Source of the DNA: Squalus acanthias
Taxonomy: Eukaryota
Assembly (NCBI GenBank): GCA_030390025.1
Contig: CM059425.1
Coordinates: forward strand, 167,526,001 to 167,590,000
DNA: 64,000 nt
Direction of reading: 5' to 3'
Below are positions 1 through 12,317 of this stretch, in pieces. The position numbers and the translations under genes are program-made. How positions within the stretch are numbered: position 1 is the stretch's first letter; each line of letters starts with the position of its first letter. The notes beneath the pieces are model-generated. The model was not told the origin of the DNA. It ran no database searches and worked only from the letters and a program-made list of their open reading frames with translations.

Positions 1-690
1 GTTCCCTGTACGATGGGTTTCAGAATGCCCTCGACGTATCCAGAGAGGTTCTCACACAGGGTTCCATTGCCTGATACGATAGGACGTCCGGGTGTGTTGG
101 CTTTGTGTATCTTTGGGAGGCAGTAGAAGTCTCCCACGCGGGGAGTACGTGGGATGAGAGCGCGTAGGATGTTTTGAAGGTCTGGATCGAAGGTCTTGAT
201 CAGTCTATTGAGTTGGCGGGTGTGTTCTTTGGTCGGATCTGCGGGTAGCTGTCTGTAGTGTTCCTGGTTGTCCAGTTGTCGGTATGCTTCTTTACAATAG
301 TCCGTTCTGTTCTGTATGACGATGGCTCCTCCTTTGTCCGCTGGTTTGATGACAATGTTGCGGTTGGTCTTGAGAGCGTGGATGGCGTTGCGTTGTGCTC
401 GGGTGACATTCTGGACTGTCTTGTGAGTGCGGCTGATGAATCTGGCGTTGATGCATTTCCTGACCGCTTGAGCATACATGTCAAGCTTGGGGCAGCGACC
501 CTCCGGAGGGGTCCAGTTTGACTCTTTTTTCTTCGGTTGCTGCACTGCGAGTCCCTCTGTCTGCTGTTCTGGATCATTGATTGTCTCATTGGGTTTGTTG
601 CTGACATCTTGGGATTTGTGGAAGTATTCCCGGAGCCTCATTCTCCTGATGAATTCCTCCGTGTCTGCCGCGAGACCGATGGGGTCCAAT
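1..690 (-). mobile_element. Penelope-like element, inverted (minus-strand) copy of the ORF N-terminal/RT region, continuing off the left edge of the window
   Basis: Bases 1-210 are the exact reverse complement of 687-896. Bases 211-690 read on the minus strand as PLE N-terminal peptide (LDPIGLAADTEEFIRRMRLREYFH...). Confidence 0.9.
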
Positions 691-2352
691 AGACTGATCA
701 AGACCTTCGATCCAGACCTTCAAAACATCCTACGCGCTCTCATCCCACGTACTCCCCGCGTGGGAGACTTCTACTGCCTCCCAAAGATACACAAAGCCAA
801 CACACCCGGACGTCCTATCGTATCAGGCAATGGAACCCTGTGTGAGAACCTCTCTGGATACGTCGAGGGCATTCTGAAACCCATCGTACAGGGAACCCCC
901 AGCTTCTGTCGCGACACTACAGACTTCTTACAGAAACTCAGCACCCACGGACCAGTTGAACCAGGAACACTCCTTGCCACGATGGACGTATCGGCACTCT
1001 ACACCAGTATCCCCCACGATGACGGCATCGCTGCAACAGCCTCAGTACTCAACATCAACAACAGCCAATCTCCAGACGCCATCCTACAACTCATCCGCTT
1101 CATCCTTGACCACAATGTCTTCACCTTCGACAACCATTTTTTTACCCAAACACACGGAACAGCCATGGGGACCAAATTCGCACCCCAATACGCCAACATC
1201 TTCATGCACAAGTTCGAGCAAGACTTCTTCGCTGCACAGGACCTCCAGCCAACGCTGTACACCAGATACATCGACGACATTTTCTTCCTTTGGACCCATG
1301 GCGAAGGATCACTGAAAAGACTACACGATAACATAAACAAGTTCCATCCCACCATCAAACTCACCATGGACTACTCCTCAGAATCGGTCTCATTCCTGGA
1401 CACACGAATCTCCATCAAAGACGGACACCTCAGCACTTCACTCTACCGCAAGCCCACGGACAACCTCACGATGCTCCACTTCTCCAGCTTCCACCCTAAC
1501 CATGTTAAAGAAGCCATCCCCTATGGACAAGCCCTGCGAATACACAGGATCTGCTCAGACGAGGAGGAACGCGATGGACACCTACGGACGCTGAAAAACG
1601 CCCTCGTAAGAACGGGATATGACGCTCGACTCATCAATCGACAGTTCCGACGGGCCACAGCGAAAAATCGCATAGACCTCCTCAGAAGGCAAACACGGGA
1701 CACAACCAACAGGGTACCCTACGTCGTCCAGTACTTCCCCGGAGCGGAGAAACTACGACATGTTCTTCGCAGCCTTCAACATGTCATCGATGACGACAAA
1801 CACCTCGCTAAGGCCATCCCCACGCCTCCACTACTTGCCTTCAAACAGCCGCCTAACCTCAGAAGTACCATCGTTCGCAGCAAATTACCCAGCTTTCAGG
1901 ATAACAGCGACCACGACACCACACAACCCTGCCATGGCAAACTCTGCAAGACATGCCAGATCATCAACACAGATACCACCATCACACGTGAGGACACTAC
2001 CCACCAGGTACATGGTACATACTCATGTGACTCGGCCAACGTTGTCTACCTCATACGTTGCAGGAAAGAATGCACCGCGGCATGGTACATCGGCGAGACC
2101 ATGCAGACACTGAGACAACGTATGAACGAGCACCGCGCAACAATCGCCAGGCAGGATTGTTCCCTCCCAGTCGGGGAACACTTCAGCAGTCAAGGACATT
2201 CAGCCTCGGATCTGCGGGTAAGCGTTCTCCAAGGCAACCTTAGAAACACACGACAACGCAAAATCATCGAGCAGAAACTGATAGCCAAGTTCTGCACTCA
2301 TGAAGACGGTCTCAATCGGGATCTTGGGTTTATGTCACGATACATGACGTGA
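687..2352 (+). CDS. Penelope-like (probably Neptune-group) reverse transcriptase plus GIY-YIG endonuclease, 5'-truncated
   Basis: Uninterrupted frame with FYCLPKIHK, GRPIVS, DVSALYTSIP, GTAMG, YIDD, Cys linker CHGKLCKTC and VYLIRC...WYIGET GIY-YIG motif. The ORF-track start at 478 is an artefact of the inversion. Confidence 0.93.
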
Positions 2353-2686
2353 TCCGGACTCGAGTCGTCGTTAGCTTGTTCACAGATGTGATTCCCAGTA
2401 AAAAAGTAAAAATTTTCCCAGTAAAAAAGTAAAATTTTTTTTAAAGCTTTTCGTTTTACATACATACGGCAGCTTTTGACACGTTAGAACCCCTGCGACT
2501 TCACCTCATTGTCTCAGTTGTATCTTGCTATGTCTTTTGATGTGGTACCTTCCTGGCTGACTTAATTAACTTTATCACACCTCGGCAGATAGTCAGGATG
2601 ATTTAATTTATTGGTCTGCAATTGTAAAGTACACATGCTTTTTTTTCCATCTATATATGCTCTGACGATTCTGTATCCAATTTACT

Positions 2687-2724
2687 TCACCTGAGGAAGG
2701 AGCGATAGTTCCGAAAGCTTGTGA
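2687..2724 (+). ncRNA. Minimal type I hammerhead ribozyme in the PLE 3' pLTR
   Basis: TCAC-CTGAGGA-A-GGAGC/GATA/GTTCC-GAAA-GC-TT-GTGA: core boxes, stem II, palindromic AAGCTT stem III and stem I TCAC/GTGA, followed by AATAAA. Confidence 0.85.
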
Positions 2725-2771
2725 TTTCAAATAAAACTGTTGGACTATAACCTGGTGTTGTGCGACCTCTC

Positions 2772-3002
2772 AATTTAAATAAAGTTGGCCATGGTCCCTT
2801 TAAGGAAACCGGCTGATGGCACGTCATGAATTACGTCACCAGACCCGCTTCCTCTAATTGGGCCGGGAAATGCACTGGGTGGGCTTAACAAGCCCCATCA
2901 AAGTAAATTCATTTTCCAGAGTGAGATGGGCCAGCAGCGGGGCCGCGACCCACCACCGACATCACCTGCTTCGGACCTGCCGAGGTAAGGAAAATCCTGG
3001 CC
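2772..3002. mobile_element. Right end of a non-autonomous Harbinger element interrupted by the PLE
   Basis: Ends in AAAATCCTGGCC (TIR-like) and is homologous to about 26370-26593. Confidence 0.65.
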
Positions 3003-3875
3003 AACGTTTCAGGTTGATGACCTTTCATCAGAAGTGGAAAAAGTTAGCGATATAACAGATTTTAAGCAAGTGCAGAGGCAGGGAAAGGGGGGAGGGGAGG
3101 AAAGAACAAAAGGGAAGGTCTGTGATAGGGTGGAAGGCAGGAGAGATTAAATTACAAAAGGGAGTGTTTGGGGCCCTGGACTGTGGGAAAGGAGGAGGTA
3201 AAAGGGCATTTCCTGCTCCTGCGCTTGCACTGGAAGGTGCTGTGGGGAGGGGAGGAGGTGTTTGGGGTGATTGAGGAGTGGACCAGGGTGTTGCAGAGGA
3301 TACAGTCCCTTCGGAATGCTGAAAGGGGAGGTGAGGGGAAGATGTGTTTGGTGGTGGGATTATGCTGGAGGTGGCAGAAATGGCGGAGGATGATCCGTTG
3401 AATGTGGAGGCTGGTGAGGTGGAAGGTGAGGACAAGGGGTACCCTTTCGGGGTTCTGAGAGGCAAGAGAAGGGGTGAGAGCAGAAGTGCAGGAAATGGAA
3501 TAGACACAGTCGAGGGCCCTATTAACCATGGTGGAGGGGAATCCTCGGTTGAGAAAAAAGGAAAACATATCAGAAGCACTGGTATGGAAGGTGGCATCAT
3601 CAGAACAGATGCGATGGAGACGGAGAAACTGGGAAAATGAAATAGAGGCCTTACAGGAAGCGGGGTGGGAGGAAGTGTAGTCAAGATAGCTATGGGAGTC
3701 AGTGGGCTTATAGGAGATATTGGTCGATAGCCTATCCTCAGAAATATAGATGGAGAAGTCGAGGAATGGAAGGGAAGCATCGGAGATGGACCATGTGAAG
3801 TCGAGGGAAGGTTAGAAATTGGAAGCAAAGTTGATGAAATTTTCCAGTTCGGGGCGAGAGCAGGAAACGGCACTA
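3003..3875 (-). pseudogene. Degraded fragment of a second Penelope-like family (RT C-terminus/linker plus pLTR with hammerhead)
   Basis: Peptide FFLNRGFPSTMV...RVPLVLTFH...IFPSPPLSAFRRD. Hammerhead core CTGATGA-AAGGTCATCAACCT-GAAACGTT on the minus strand at about 3003-3035. Confidence 0.8.
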
Positions 3876-3879
3876 TAAA

Positions 3880-5158
3880 CTAAATAGTACAATTTTAAAG
3901 GGGGTGCAAGAACAGAAACCTGGGGATGTATGTACACAAATCTTTGAAGGTGGTAGGACAAGTTGAGAAGGCTGTTAAAAAAGCATATGGGATCCTTGGC
4001 TTTATTAATATAGGAATAGAGTACAAAAATCAAGGAAATTATGCTGAACCTTTATGAAACATTGGTGAGGCCTCAGCTGGAGTACTGTGTTCACTTCTGG
4101 GCACCACACTTTAGGAAGGATGTCTAGGCCTTGGAGAGAGTACAGAATAAATTTACCATTTACTAGAATGGTACCAGGGATGAGACTGGAGAAGCTGGGG
4201 TTCTTCTCCTTAGAGCAGAGAAGGTTAAGAGGAGATTTGATAGAGGTGTACAAAATCATGAATGGTTCTGATAGTGAATAAGAGAAGTGTTCCAGTCGTG
4301 CGGGAGAAGATCGAGGGATCGGGGGCCGGGAGAAGATCGGTGGGGGGGTCCGAATAGAGCCATGGGCTGGAGGAGGATGGGGGGATGGCGAAGAGGATTG
4401 TGGGCCGGAGGAACAGCACTGAAAGGGCCGGGAGGCGGGGGGGGGGGGGGGGGGGTGCAAATCGGAGGCCTCAGGTGGGGGGGGGGGGGTTGGTGCAGGC
4501 CTGGTGAAGGGATTGGAGGCCTGGGGATGTGGGGGGGAGGCCTGGGACAGTCTCCGATCACAGGGGTGGGTTAGGTAGGGACCCTGGATCCAGGAGTCAT
4601 CACCTTGCTGTAGCTGGCGAGTTTTACGAGGTGTGTAAAACCCGCCAGGTACAATTAAACACAAAATGGACGTTAAAGAAGAGGCTTCCAGTCTCATTAT
4701 AATATTTAAATAGTCAGCCCGCCTCCTGGCAGTGGGTTGACTGCCCACCCCCGTCCCGCCTCCCATCCTGCCTCCGTTTATCCGGAAGTGGGCGGATTGC
4801 AGGTGGGTTCAGGTCGGGATTCCAATTTTTAACACTTTAACTACCCCCACCAGCTTTTTTTTAGGTTAAAATTCCCCCAAGGTGATTGGCAAAAGAACCA
4901 GAGGTGACATGAGGAAACTTTTTTTTTACACAGTGAGTAGTTGTGATCTGGATGCACTGCCTGAAAGGGTAGTGGAAGCAAATTCAATAGTAACATTCAA
5001 AAGAGAAATGGATAATTACTTGAAGGGAAAAAAATTACAGGGCTATGGGGAAAGAGCAGGGGAGTAGGATTAACTGAATAGCTCTACCAAAGAGCCGGCA
5101 CAGGCACAATGGGCCGAATGGCCTCCTTCTGTGCTGTATCATTCTATGATTCTATGAT
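3880..5158 (+). mobile_element. CR1 LINE 3' fragment interrupted by a G-rich Harbinger-type MITE remnant (~4282-4878)
   Basis: LGFFSLEQRRLRGDLIEVYKIM peptide and (ATTCTATG)n tail. The insert ends in AAAATTCCCCC followed by AAG GTGATT. Confidence 0.8.
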
Positions 5159-5252
5159 ATTTAAAGCACATCTCAAATAATGAGTTGAAGATTCAGTTTT
5201 CAGTCATGATTGCAAGAAGTACTAGAAGCTAACAAGTTTAAAAGGTAAAACA

Positions 5253-5520
5253 ATAGCAAAATACTGCGGATGCTGGAAATCTGAAATCACAACAAAAAAT
5301 GCTGGAAACACTCAGCAGGTCAGGAAGCATCCGTGGAGAGAGAAACAGAGTTAATGTTTCGAGTTGGGGACCCTTCGTCAGAACTGGAAAAGGTTAGAGA
5401 AGAGAGATTTTTAAGCAGGGGCAGGGAGGAGGGGAGAAAAGAACAAAGGGAAGGTCTGTGAAAGGATGGAAGGCAGGAGAGATTGACTGACAAAAGGGAT
5501 GATGGTGCAAGGCAAAAGGA
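5253..5520 (-). mobile_element. pLTR fragment of the second PLE family with a degenerate hammerhead
   Basis: Reverse complement matches 16439-16570 and 3003-3160. The core reads CTGACGA-AGGGTCCCCAACTC-GAAACATT. Confidence 0.8.
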
Positions 5521-5679
5521 GTTAAAGTTTAAAAGGTATATTTTTTAATTTCGCACTGCTGGTAGAAAGCTTCACCTGCCAGTAGCGCAAATCGGAAATC
5601 CAAGTGTGTGCTGTGCATGATCTTACTACCATTTAAAATGTTTGGAAAGTTACTCCTTCGGATTTCAGTGACAAAAAGA

Positions 5680-5890
5680 AAAATTGCAAATGATGTAAAT
5701 CGAAAATAAAAATGGAAAATTCTGTAAATATGCAGCAAATCTGTTCACAAGTTAACATTTTGGGCATAAACCCTTTGCCAGAATTGTTCCGATGAAGGGA
5801 TCCATCCCAAATATTAATCTGTATTTCTCTGTTTCAGATGCTGATGGCACTGCTGCGATTTTCCAGCCTTTTCTGTTTTTATTTAAAGTT
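5680..5890. repeat. Old, diverged head-to-head palindrome of the hammerhead-bearing pLTR end
   Basis: The right half (TTCCGATGAAGGG...TTTCTCTGTTTCAGATGCTG...TTTCCAGCCTTTTCTGTTTTTATTT) resembles 16439-16570 and the left half resembles its reverse complement. Confidence 0.55.
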
Positions 5891-6579
5891 TGATATCTTC
5901 TTATCCCTCCTTAAATCAGTAACTGTGATTCTGCTGAGGGTTTGTTTGTACTTTAATTATCCTTATACTGTGACAAGCTCCACAGTCCAAGACAATACTG
6001 AAGCTGTTCAGTAAACATGGAGTTATTGACACTTTGCAAGGAATAAAACTGAATATTTTATTTGATAAATATGAATATCTTATTGAATTGTTGCAAATGC
6101 ACTAGTGATTCTCCTTCTGTTAATATGCAGTATTTCTAAATGTGCATGTTTCTTGGACAATACTTGGGGATCCCTGGGTGAAAGATAGAAATGTTGCTCC
6201 TGTCCAATAGGTGATGTTCTCCTGAAGATGGGGGTTGGGGGGGGGGGGGGGTCACGGAGTGTTCTGGTATATTTTTGGGGCAATATAGGCAGTGCCAATG
6301 ACTTTCATCTATCCTATGCCATACCTGGGAGGCCTAGATGTAACAATTAGAAAAATATTCCACTCGCCAAGGTCCTTCAATTTTATGGACATAAAAATTA
6401 ATTCAAAATAGTGTTTTATTTTGTTGATCGTCAATAGTTGCTCAGTATAATTTAGTAGGCACTGTTGACATATTTAGTTGAAAAAGTATAATAGTTTCCT
6501 TTTAATTATCGAAGAAACAGGCCATTAAATTAAAAGATTCAGATGACGGCAATGTCCATATTTGGTAGAATATGAATCA

Positions 6580-7051
6580 ACGAGAATGATTCCAGGAATG
6601 AGGGACTTCAGTTACGTGGATAGACTGGAGAAGCTGGTGTTGTTCTCCTTGGAGCAGAGAAGATTGAGAGGAGATTTGATGGAGGTGTTCAAAATCATGA
6701 GGGGTCTGGACAGAGTAGATAGAGGGAAACTGTTCCCATTGGCAGAAGGGTCGAGAACCAGAGGACACAGATTTAAGGTGCTTGGCAAAAGAACCAAAGA
6801 AAAAACTTTATTATGCAGCGAGTGGTTAAGATCTGGAATGCACTTCCTGAAAGGGTGGTGGAGGCAGACTCAATCTTATCTTTCAAAAGGGAGTTGGATA
6901 AGTATCTGAAGGAAAAGAAATTGCAGGGATACGAGGAAAGGGCGGGGGAGTGGGACTAGCTGAAGTGCTCTTGCAGAGAACCGGCACAGGCTCGATGGGC
7001 CGAATGGCCTTCTTCCGTGCTGTAACCATTCTATGATTCTATGATTCTATG
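6580..7051 (+). mobile_element. CR1 LINE 3' fragment
   Basis: RMIPGMRDFSYVDRLEKL...RGDLMEVFKIMRG peptide, conserved 3' motif GGGCCGAATGGCCT and (ATTCTATG)n tail. Confidence 0.9.
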
Positions 7052-8054
7052 AATTTTAGACTGTCAGCAGCAGACTTATATCACTATATTTCAGTGAATA
7101 TTAGTAGATACATTATTGAATTTTGGAAATTTAATTGGCTGACATAGTAGTCATCACTCTATGTAAAAGCTTACATTCCTGGAACAAAACCAACAATAGC
7201 TGCAGTTTAATAGTTACATTGCTTTCTAGCCATTAATGGTCATAATAAACACTCCAGCTTAATTTATGACAAACTAGGGAACAGAGAACTGATTGATGCT
7301 CAAGAGTACACCTAATTCTTTAACCAGCTTTCAATCCCCTAGTCCTGCATAATGTACACTGGAACATTAATTACAACCATAATAATAATACTTGCCAGTA
7401 TTTTAAAAATTCTGACCATCATTTATAGTTTCCTATTCAGAGAGGAGCAGGCCTCGAAACACAGCTGAATTTTGAGATCAATCAAATGAATCCATTCTCA
7501 GTTATATAAAATGCAAGTTCTTTCAACAAAACTTTGCCCCATTATTTAAATGTTTATGATGCTTGAAATTATTCTCTTTGAATATTAAAAATGAATGCTT
7601 ATATGAGATTCCTCTGTCCACTATTTTAACTGAAGCATTAATCTGTTTATTTAAAATAGACTGGAACCTCCATAAATGTAATGGATAAAGGAATTTAATA
7701 TGAACATGTTAAGTAAGCATACACTAATATTTGAAGAGCCTAATTTCAAGGCACATGTTTGCAGAATTGTAACCTTTAGAGTTTGAAAAATTTGAGTTCT
7801 TATTAAGACTGCATGCTTGCAACAATCCATACATTTCCGTGCAATTGTGTGGGATATTTTTTGGAAAAATTTCATAGGTAACACATTATTTCATCCAAAC
7901 ACAACCCTGGTACTCTTGCTATTTGTATGCATTTAGTTGAGAAACAATAAGTACTGCAGTAGGAAAGTTATTTTTATATTTTTACAGCATTACTGTAATA
8001 TTATTTGTCCAAGAGTATGCTATGCACCAGTTATACAGAAGCCATAGAGTCAAA

Positions 8055-8884
8055 GGGCTGGATTTTACCTGCTGAGACGAGTTGGGGGCGGGACCGCTGC
8101 CTTCCGGGTTCTAGTCCCGCCCCCAGCGATGTCCGACGCACATTGCGGGCTTGCTGGCCAATTAAGGGAAAGCCGGTATCAGATGACATCAGTTGATGAC
8201 ACTTCATCTGTCGGTTTTCTTAAAGGCATATAAACCATAAATTTTTGACAGATAATTTGACAGTGTTTGACAGCATTGAGGTGCTACCAAACACTGACAA
8301 TCACTGTACACAGGTGAGCTCCTGAACCCAGGCTCTCCAATGACTCTCTCCTTAGGATGAAACAGGTGGCAGCTGCAGGTGAGGGTACAGAAGCGATCTG
8401 TCACTTCTCCCATTGGAGGTGAGGCCACACAAACATTTCAAAGCTTGTCACCTACAGAAAAATCTATACACATTAAAAATGACTTTCCCAACATTTCCTT
8501 ACATCTGATACTCACCAGTGTCCCATTGCATTCTTCACACCACTTCTGCAGCTGTCATCTGTACAGCAACAGTACAACAGACCAACAGCACGCCTCACTT
8601 ACCCTGGTGGGGTTCCCCAATGTCGGGAAGCCTGCAGCAGAAGTCTAAAAATTGGAAAAAGCCTCTTAACTGCCTGTTAGCTGGCTGTTAACAGGCAGTT
8701 AAGTGGCTATAATCCTCTTCCCGCTGCTAGGAGTCGGGTCCCTGCGCAAATCGGGGACCCGACTCCCGGGAGGATTGGTTGGAGGCGGGTTGGGAGTGGG
8801 TTCGGTACCCGCTCCCATTCTGTTTGACTTTCCCAGCAGTCCCGCCTCCAAACCCGCCTCCTCAGAGCTGGTAAAATCCAGCCC
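8055..8884. mobile_element. Harbinger-type MITE
   Basis: TIRs GGGCTGGATTTTACC / GGTAAAATCCAGCCC. Inserted in the (CATAGAGT)n tail of a minus-strand CR1 with TSD ATA (left copy reads AAA). Confidence 0.85.
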
Positions 8885-9044
8885 ATAGAGTCATAACGGC
8901 ACAGAAGGAGGCCATTCGGCCCATCGAGTCCGCGCCAGCTCTCTGTAGAGCAATCCAGTCAGTCCCATTCCCCCGCTCTATCCCCGTAGCCCTGCAAGTT
9001 TATTTCTCTCAAGTGCCTATCCAGTCTCCCCTTGAAAACATTGA

Positions 9045-12000
9045 GGGCTCGATTTTGTCACTGGGGCGGGCTGGGGGTGTGTCATCCGCTTTTCGTGTTA
9101 GCCACCCGACTCCAATTTGATGTGGGAAAAATATACGATTTTCCCCTAATTGGGCAATTGATTTCCAGCGTGTGGGAGCCCCTGGCCCAATTAGTCTTTC
9201 CATTCTGAAACTCGCCTCCGATGACGTCATCAATGCTGCTGGATTTAAGGCCTGCAAGCAGCCTTGCTTCTTCTGCAGACTGCAAACCTTTTGGCCTTTG
9301 CTCTGATAGTTTCTTCCAGGCAAAATGTCCAGCAGTAGACCTAAGTCTGCACCGAGGTTTGATGACGCCGCCCTGAAAGCTCTGGTGGAGGGAGCAAGAG
9401 GGAATAAGGAGGTGCTTTTCCCTTCTTCAGGGAGGAAGAAGCCTCCCCAGCAGATGAAGGCTGTGTGGATGCAAGTGGCCCAGGAGGTCAATTCCTTATC
9501 TACGTGCCGCAGAACCTGGCTGCAGTGCAGGAAGAGGTTTCATGACCTTCTGCGCACTGGAAAAGTAAGTATGACTTTCCCATCACCCTCAATCTGATCC
9601 CCATTGCCTCTCCTCACCAGCACTCAGCTTTGACAACCTCTTCCTCCACATCCCACTTGACACTGACATCCCTGCACCCTTACCCATTCCCTATCTCTGA
9701 ATGTTCACATTCACTCAACTATTCGACAATGCAGCCCTCATACTCCCTATTGCTGTGATGCTATGAAAACAACTTATAACACACAGGGAGGGCCCTTGGT
9801 CTTGCCACCTCACTGAAGCTTTTTTGTCTCCTTCTAGGCATCTATGCTATGGATTCTCTACACTCACTCCTTCATTCTCACTCAAACTCCACTTGTCTCC
9901 CTCATTGCAGGAAAAGAGAGCTCACAATAAGAGGGAAAGAGCGAGGACAGGAGGAGGGCCACCATCAGTAGCCCAGCTCACCCCCTGGGAGGAGACGGCC
10001 CTGGAGATCGTGGGAGTGGAGGACGATGCGCAAGTGGGGGACGGACAGACGGGTGCATCAGAGCAAGCTGGTGACAGAATAGTTTTTCATCTCGCTCATT
10101 GACATTGCATGAGTCACTGATAATGATTCTGATGCTCTAACAGATTGACTTATGATCATCTGCAATATTCAATGTGCATGTAACCTTGGCCTCACATCTC
10201 TTTCCTTTACTCCCCCACAGGACCATCGAAAGCCCCCGTCCCCACTGTCCAGGAGGAACAGCCTGAGGCTCCAGACACCTCAGAGGAAGCTGCAACCTCT
10301 GAGGGCGCAGCGTCAGCAGAATTCAGCGCACCCAGCACCAGCGCAGACACTCACACCTCGGTGGTACTTTTGCTAGATAGTGTAGTGTTGTCACCTGGTG
10401 TATCACAGCTCACAACTGAGCATCAGCAGATGGTGGAGACAGGGACAGCAGTGGAGAGTCCTAGTCGGAGGGCGCAGGACTCTGCCAGCTCGGCTCAGCT
10501 GCATGTCGACCCTCTGCCTCCGGGTCCATCCAGAAGAAGAGCGGTACTGGAACTCCAGGAACAGGTGCAGGAGTCTCTGGCAGGTTTTGTCTCCAGGGTC
10601 GCTGCGAGTGTGGAGCGAATGGAGGAGTCCATCGCTAACATGAGCAGAGCCTTTGTGGAGGTGTTTGCGCATGAACGCATCACCATGGAAAGGATGGCAA
10701 CCTCCGTGGAAAGGATGGCTACCTCCATGGTAAGGCTGGCTACCGTAGAGGAGAGGATGGCTACGGTAGAGGAGAGGATGGCTACGTCCATCGAGGAGCT
10801 TAGTCACCAGGGTATGGAAAACATGGTCATTGTTCAGAATAGACTGACATCTCTTGAGGAGTGATGGTTAGCTATTGAGGAAACAAACCAGACCTTCAGG
10901 CAAGTCCTCGGGAGTAGGACTTCCAGTACAGAAACGGGCCCTCATGGCCCCCCTGAAGTGCAGCAAGGTGCTGTCAAGCCACTTGCTAGCTCTGAAGTGG
11001 GGCTGACCCATGAGAGGGATGTTGGTGGCAGACAACAAGGAAGTGGGGGCTCCTCTCCAAGCGCTCACACGACCATGCCACTGCAAAGTCCTCGGTCAGA
11101 GCCCCACCAGTGTCCCCACCCAACTGAGATCAACATCTCAACCCCTGCACAGCCGCAGGAGCAGCAGACTGTTGCCGAGCCCTCACAGGCTCGCAACCCC
11201 AGAGGACGCCCGCCAAAGGCGTCGAGACAGGAGCAGCAAGAAAGTGAGCAAGGGGCCTCCACATCTGCTGAAGCCACAGGGGAAGCACCACGTAGAAGCA
11301 CGCAGAAGATAATGCACAAGTAGTCACAAGGCTAGTCACTTGGGTGAAATGTCATGTTTAATGTTGAAAAGCCATCAGTTGGTTATTGTAAATAAAAAAA
11401 TCTGATGGCAACTGTTGCAGTTGTGGCGTCTGTCATATCGCTAATGGGACTTCCACACTGAGGGCTTAGGATGACTTGCAATTGTCAGTATGGTGGTCAG
11501 ATTGATAGGAATCCGCAGATTCTTGGCCATTGTCGATGGTCTGATAAGAAGGTGTGAGGCAAAAGTGTTTGATTGTGCAGGCTAAGCAAATCTGGCCAAG
11601 AGGTGTGTATCCCTTGCATCCCGGGCAGCAATGTGGTCGCGCGCTGGCGCCTTCTGGCCTGTGCAGCTTGGCGCTCCTGTTGTTGCTGCTGCTGTTGGCA
11701 GTGCTGTTGTTCATGGATCTGTTGCTGCCACGGCTGGTCTTCGTCTGAATCTGATGTCCAGGAGGAAAGGAAATAAATGGTTCCCATTCTTCTGGTATAT
11801 GCCTCAGTTGAGGACGCGCTCATTCAAGGTGGCGAGAGGGGTTTCCCAGGATGTCACACTGGAGATGGGTGTCAGGCTCCAAACTTCCACAGCAATGGGT
11901 ATGCCTGCTAAAAGTTCCCCCAGACCTGAGACAACAAAGTTCTGCCACCTGCAAATGATGATTGCTGAAAACTCCTTTTTAATGGTGGAGCTGCAGCTGT

Positions 12001-12317
12001 TAGTAAGCAGTCCACTTGTGCTGCCGCCAGGTTTCACTGGCGTGTTTCAGAGGAGACGTGAACCACGTGGGAAAAGTGTTAAAATCAGAAAGGCCTCTCA
12101 AAATGGGATTATAGAGGCACTTAACTGGTTGTTAAGGGCCTTAAGGGCCTATCCCGCCTCTTAGAGGCGGGATGGAGACGGGGTCAGAAAACTCGCATTT
12201 GGGAAAATTGCTCGGAGGCGGGATGGAGGCGGAATCGGGCCCGCCTGCCATTTTTTGCGATTTTAACACCTCACACGCCTCCAATCCCGCCTCCTCGGGC
12301 CTGGCAAAATCGAGCCC
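9045..12317 (+). mobile_element. Non-autonomous Harbinger element retaining the Myb/SANT gene, with the transposase almost entirely deleted
   Basis: TIRs GGGCTCGATTTTG / CAAAATCGAGCCC and TSD TGA. Only an N-terminal transposase remnant remains, on the minus strand near 11560-11790. Confidence 0.9.
9325..11323 (+). pseudogene. Three-exon Myb/SANT-like (trihelix) DNA-binding protein gene of Harbinger with one nonsense codon
   Basis: Exons 9325-9564, 9911-10070 and 10221-11323 have GT-AG borders and splice in frame. SAPRFDDAALKALVE...WMQVAQEV...RTWLQCRKRFHDL domain. TGA at 10862-10864 aligns to CGA in the paralogue. Confidence 0.8.

Noticed and set aside
478..686. N-terminal 70 aa of the 624-aa ORF
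   Set aside because: It is the antisense strand of the inverted PLE copy and is open by chance.
4300..4580. G-quadruplex regulatory element
   Set aside because: The G runs lie within a MITE interior and homopolymer lengths may be unreliable; there is no evidence of function.
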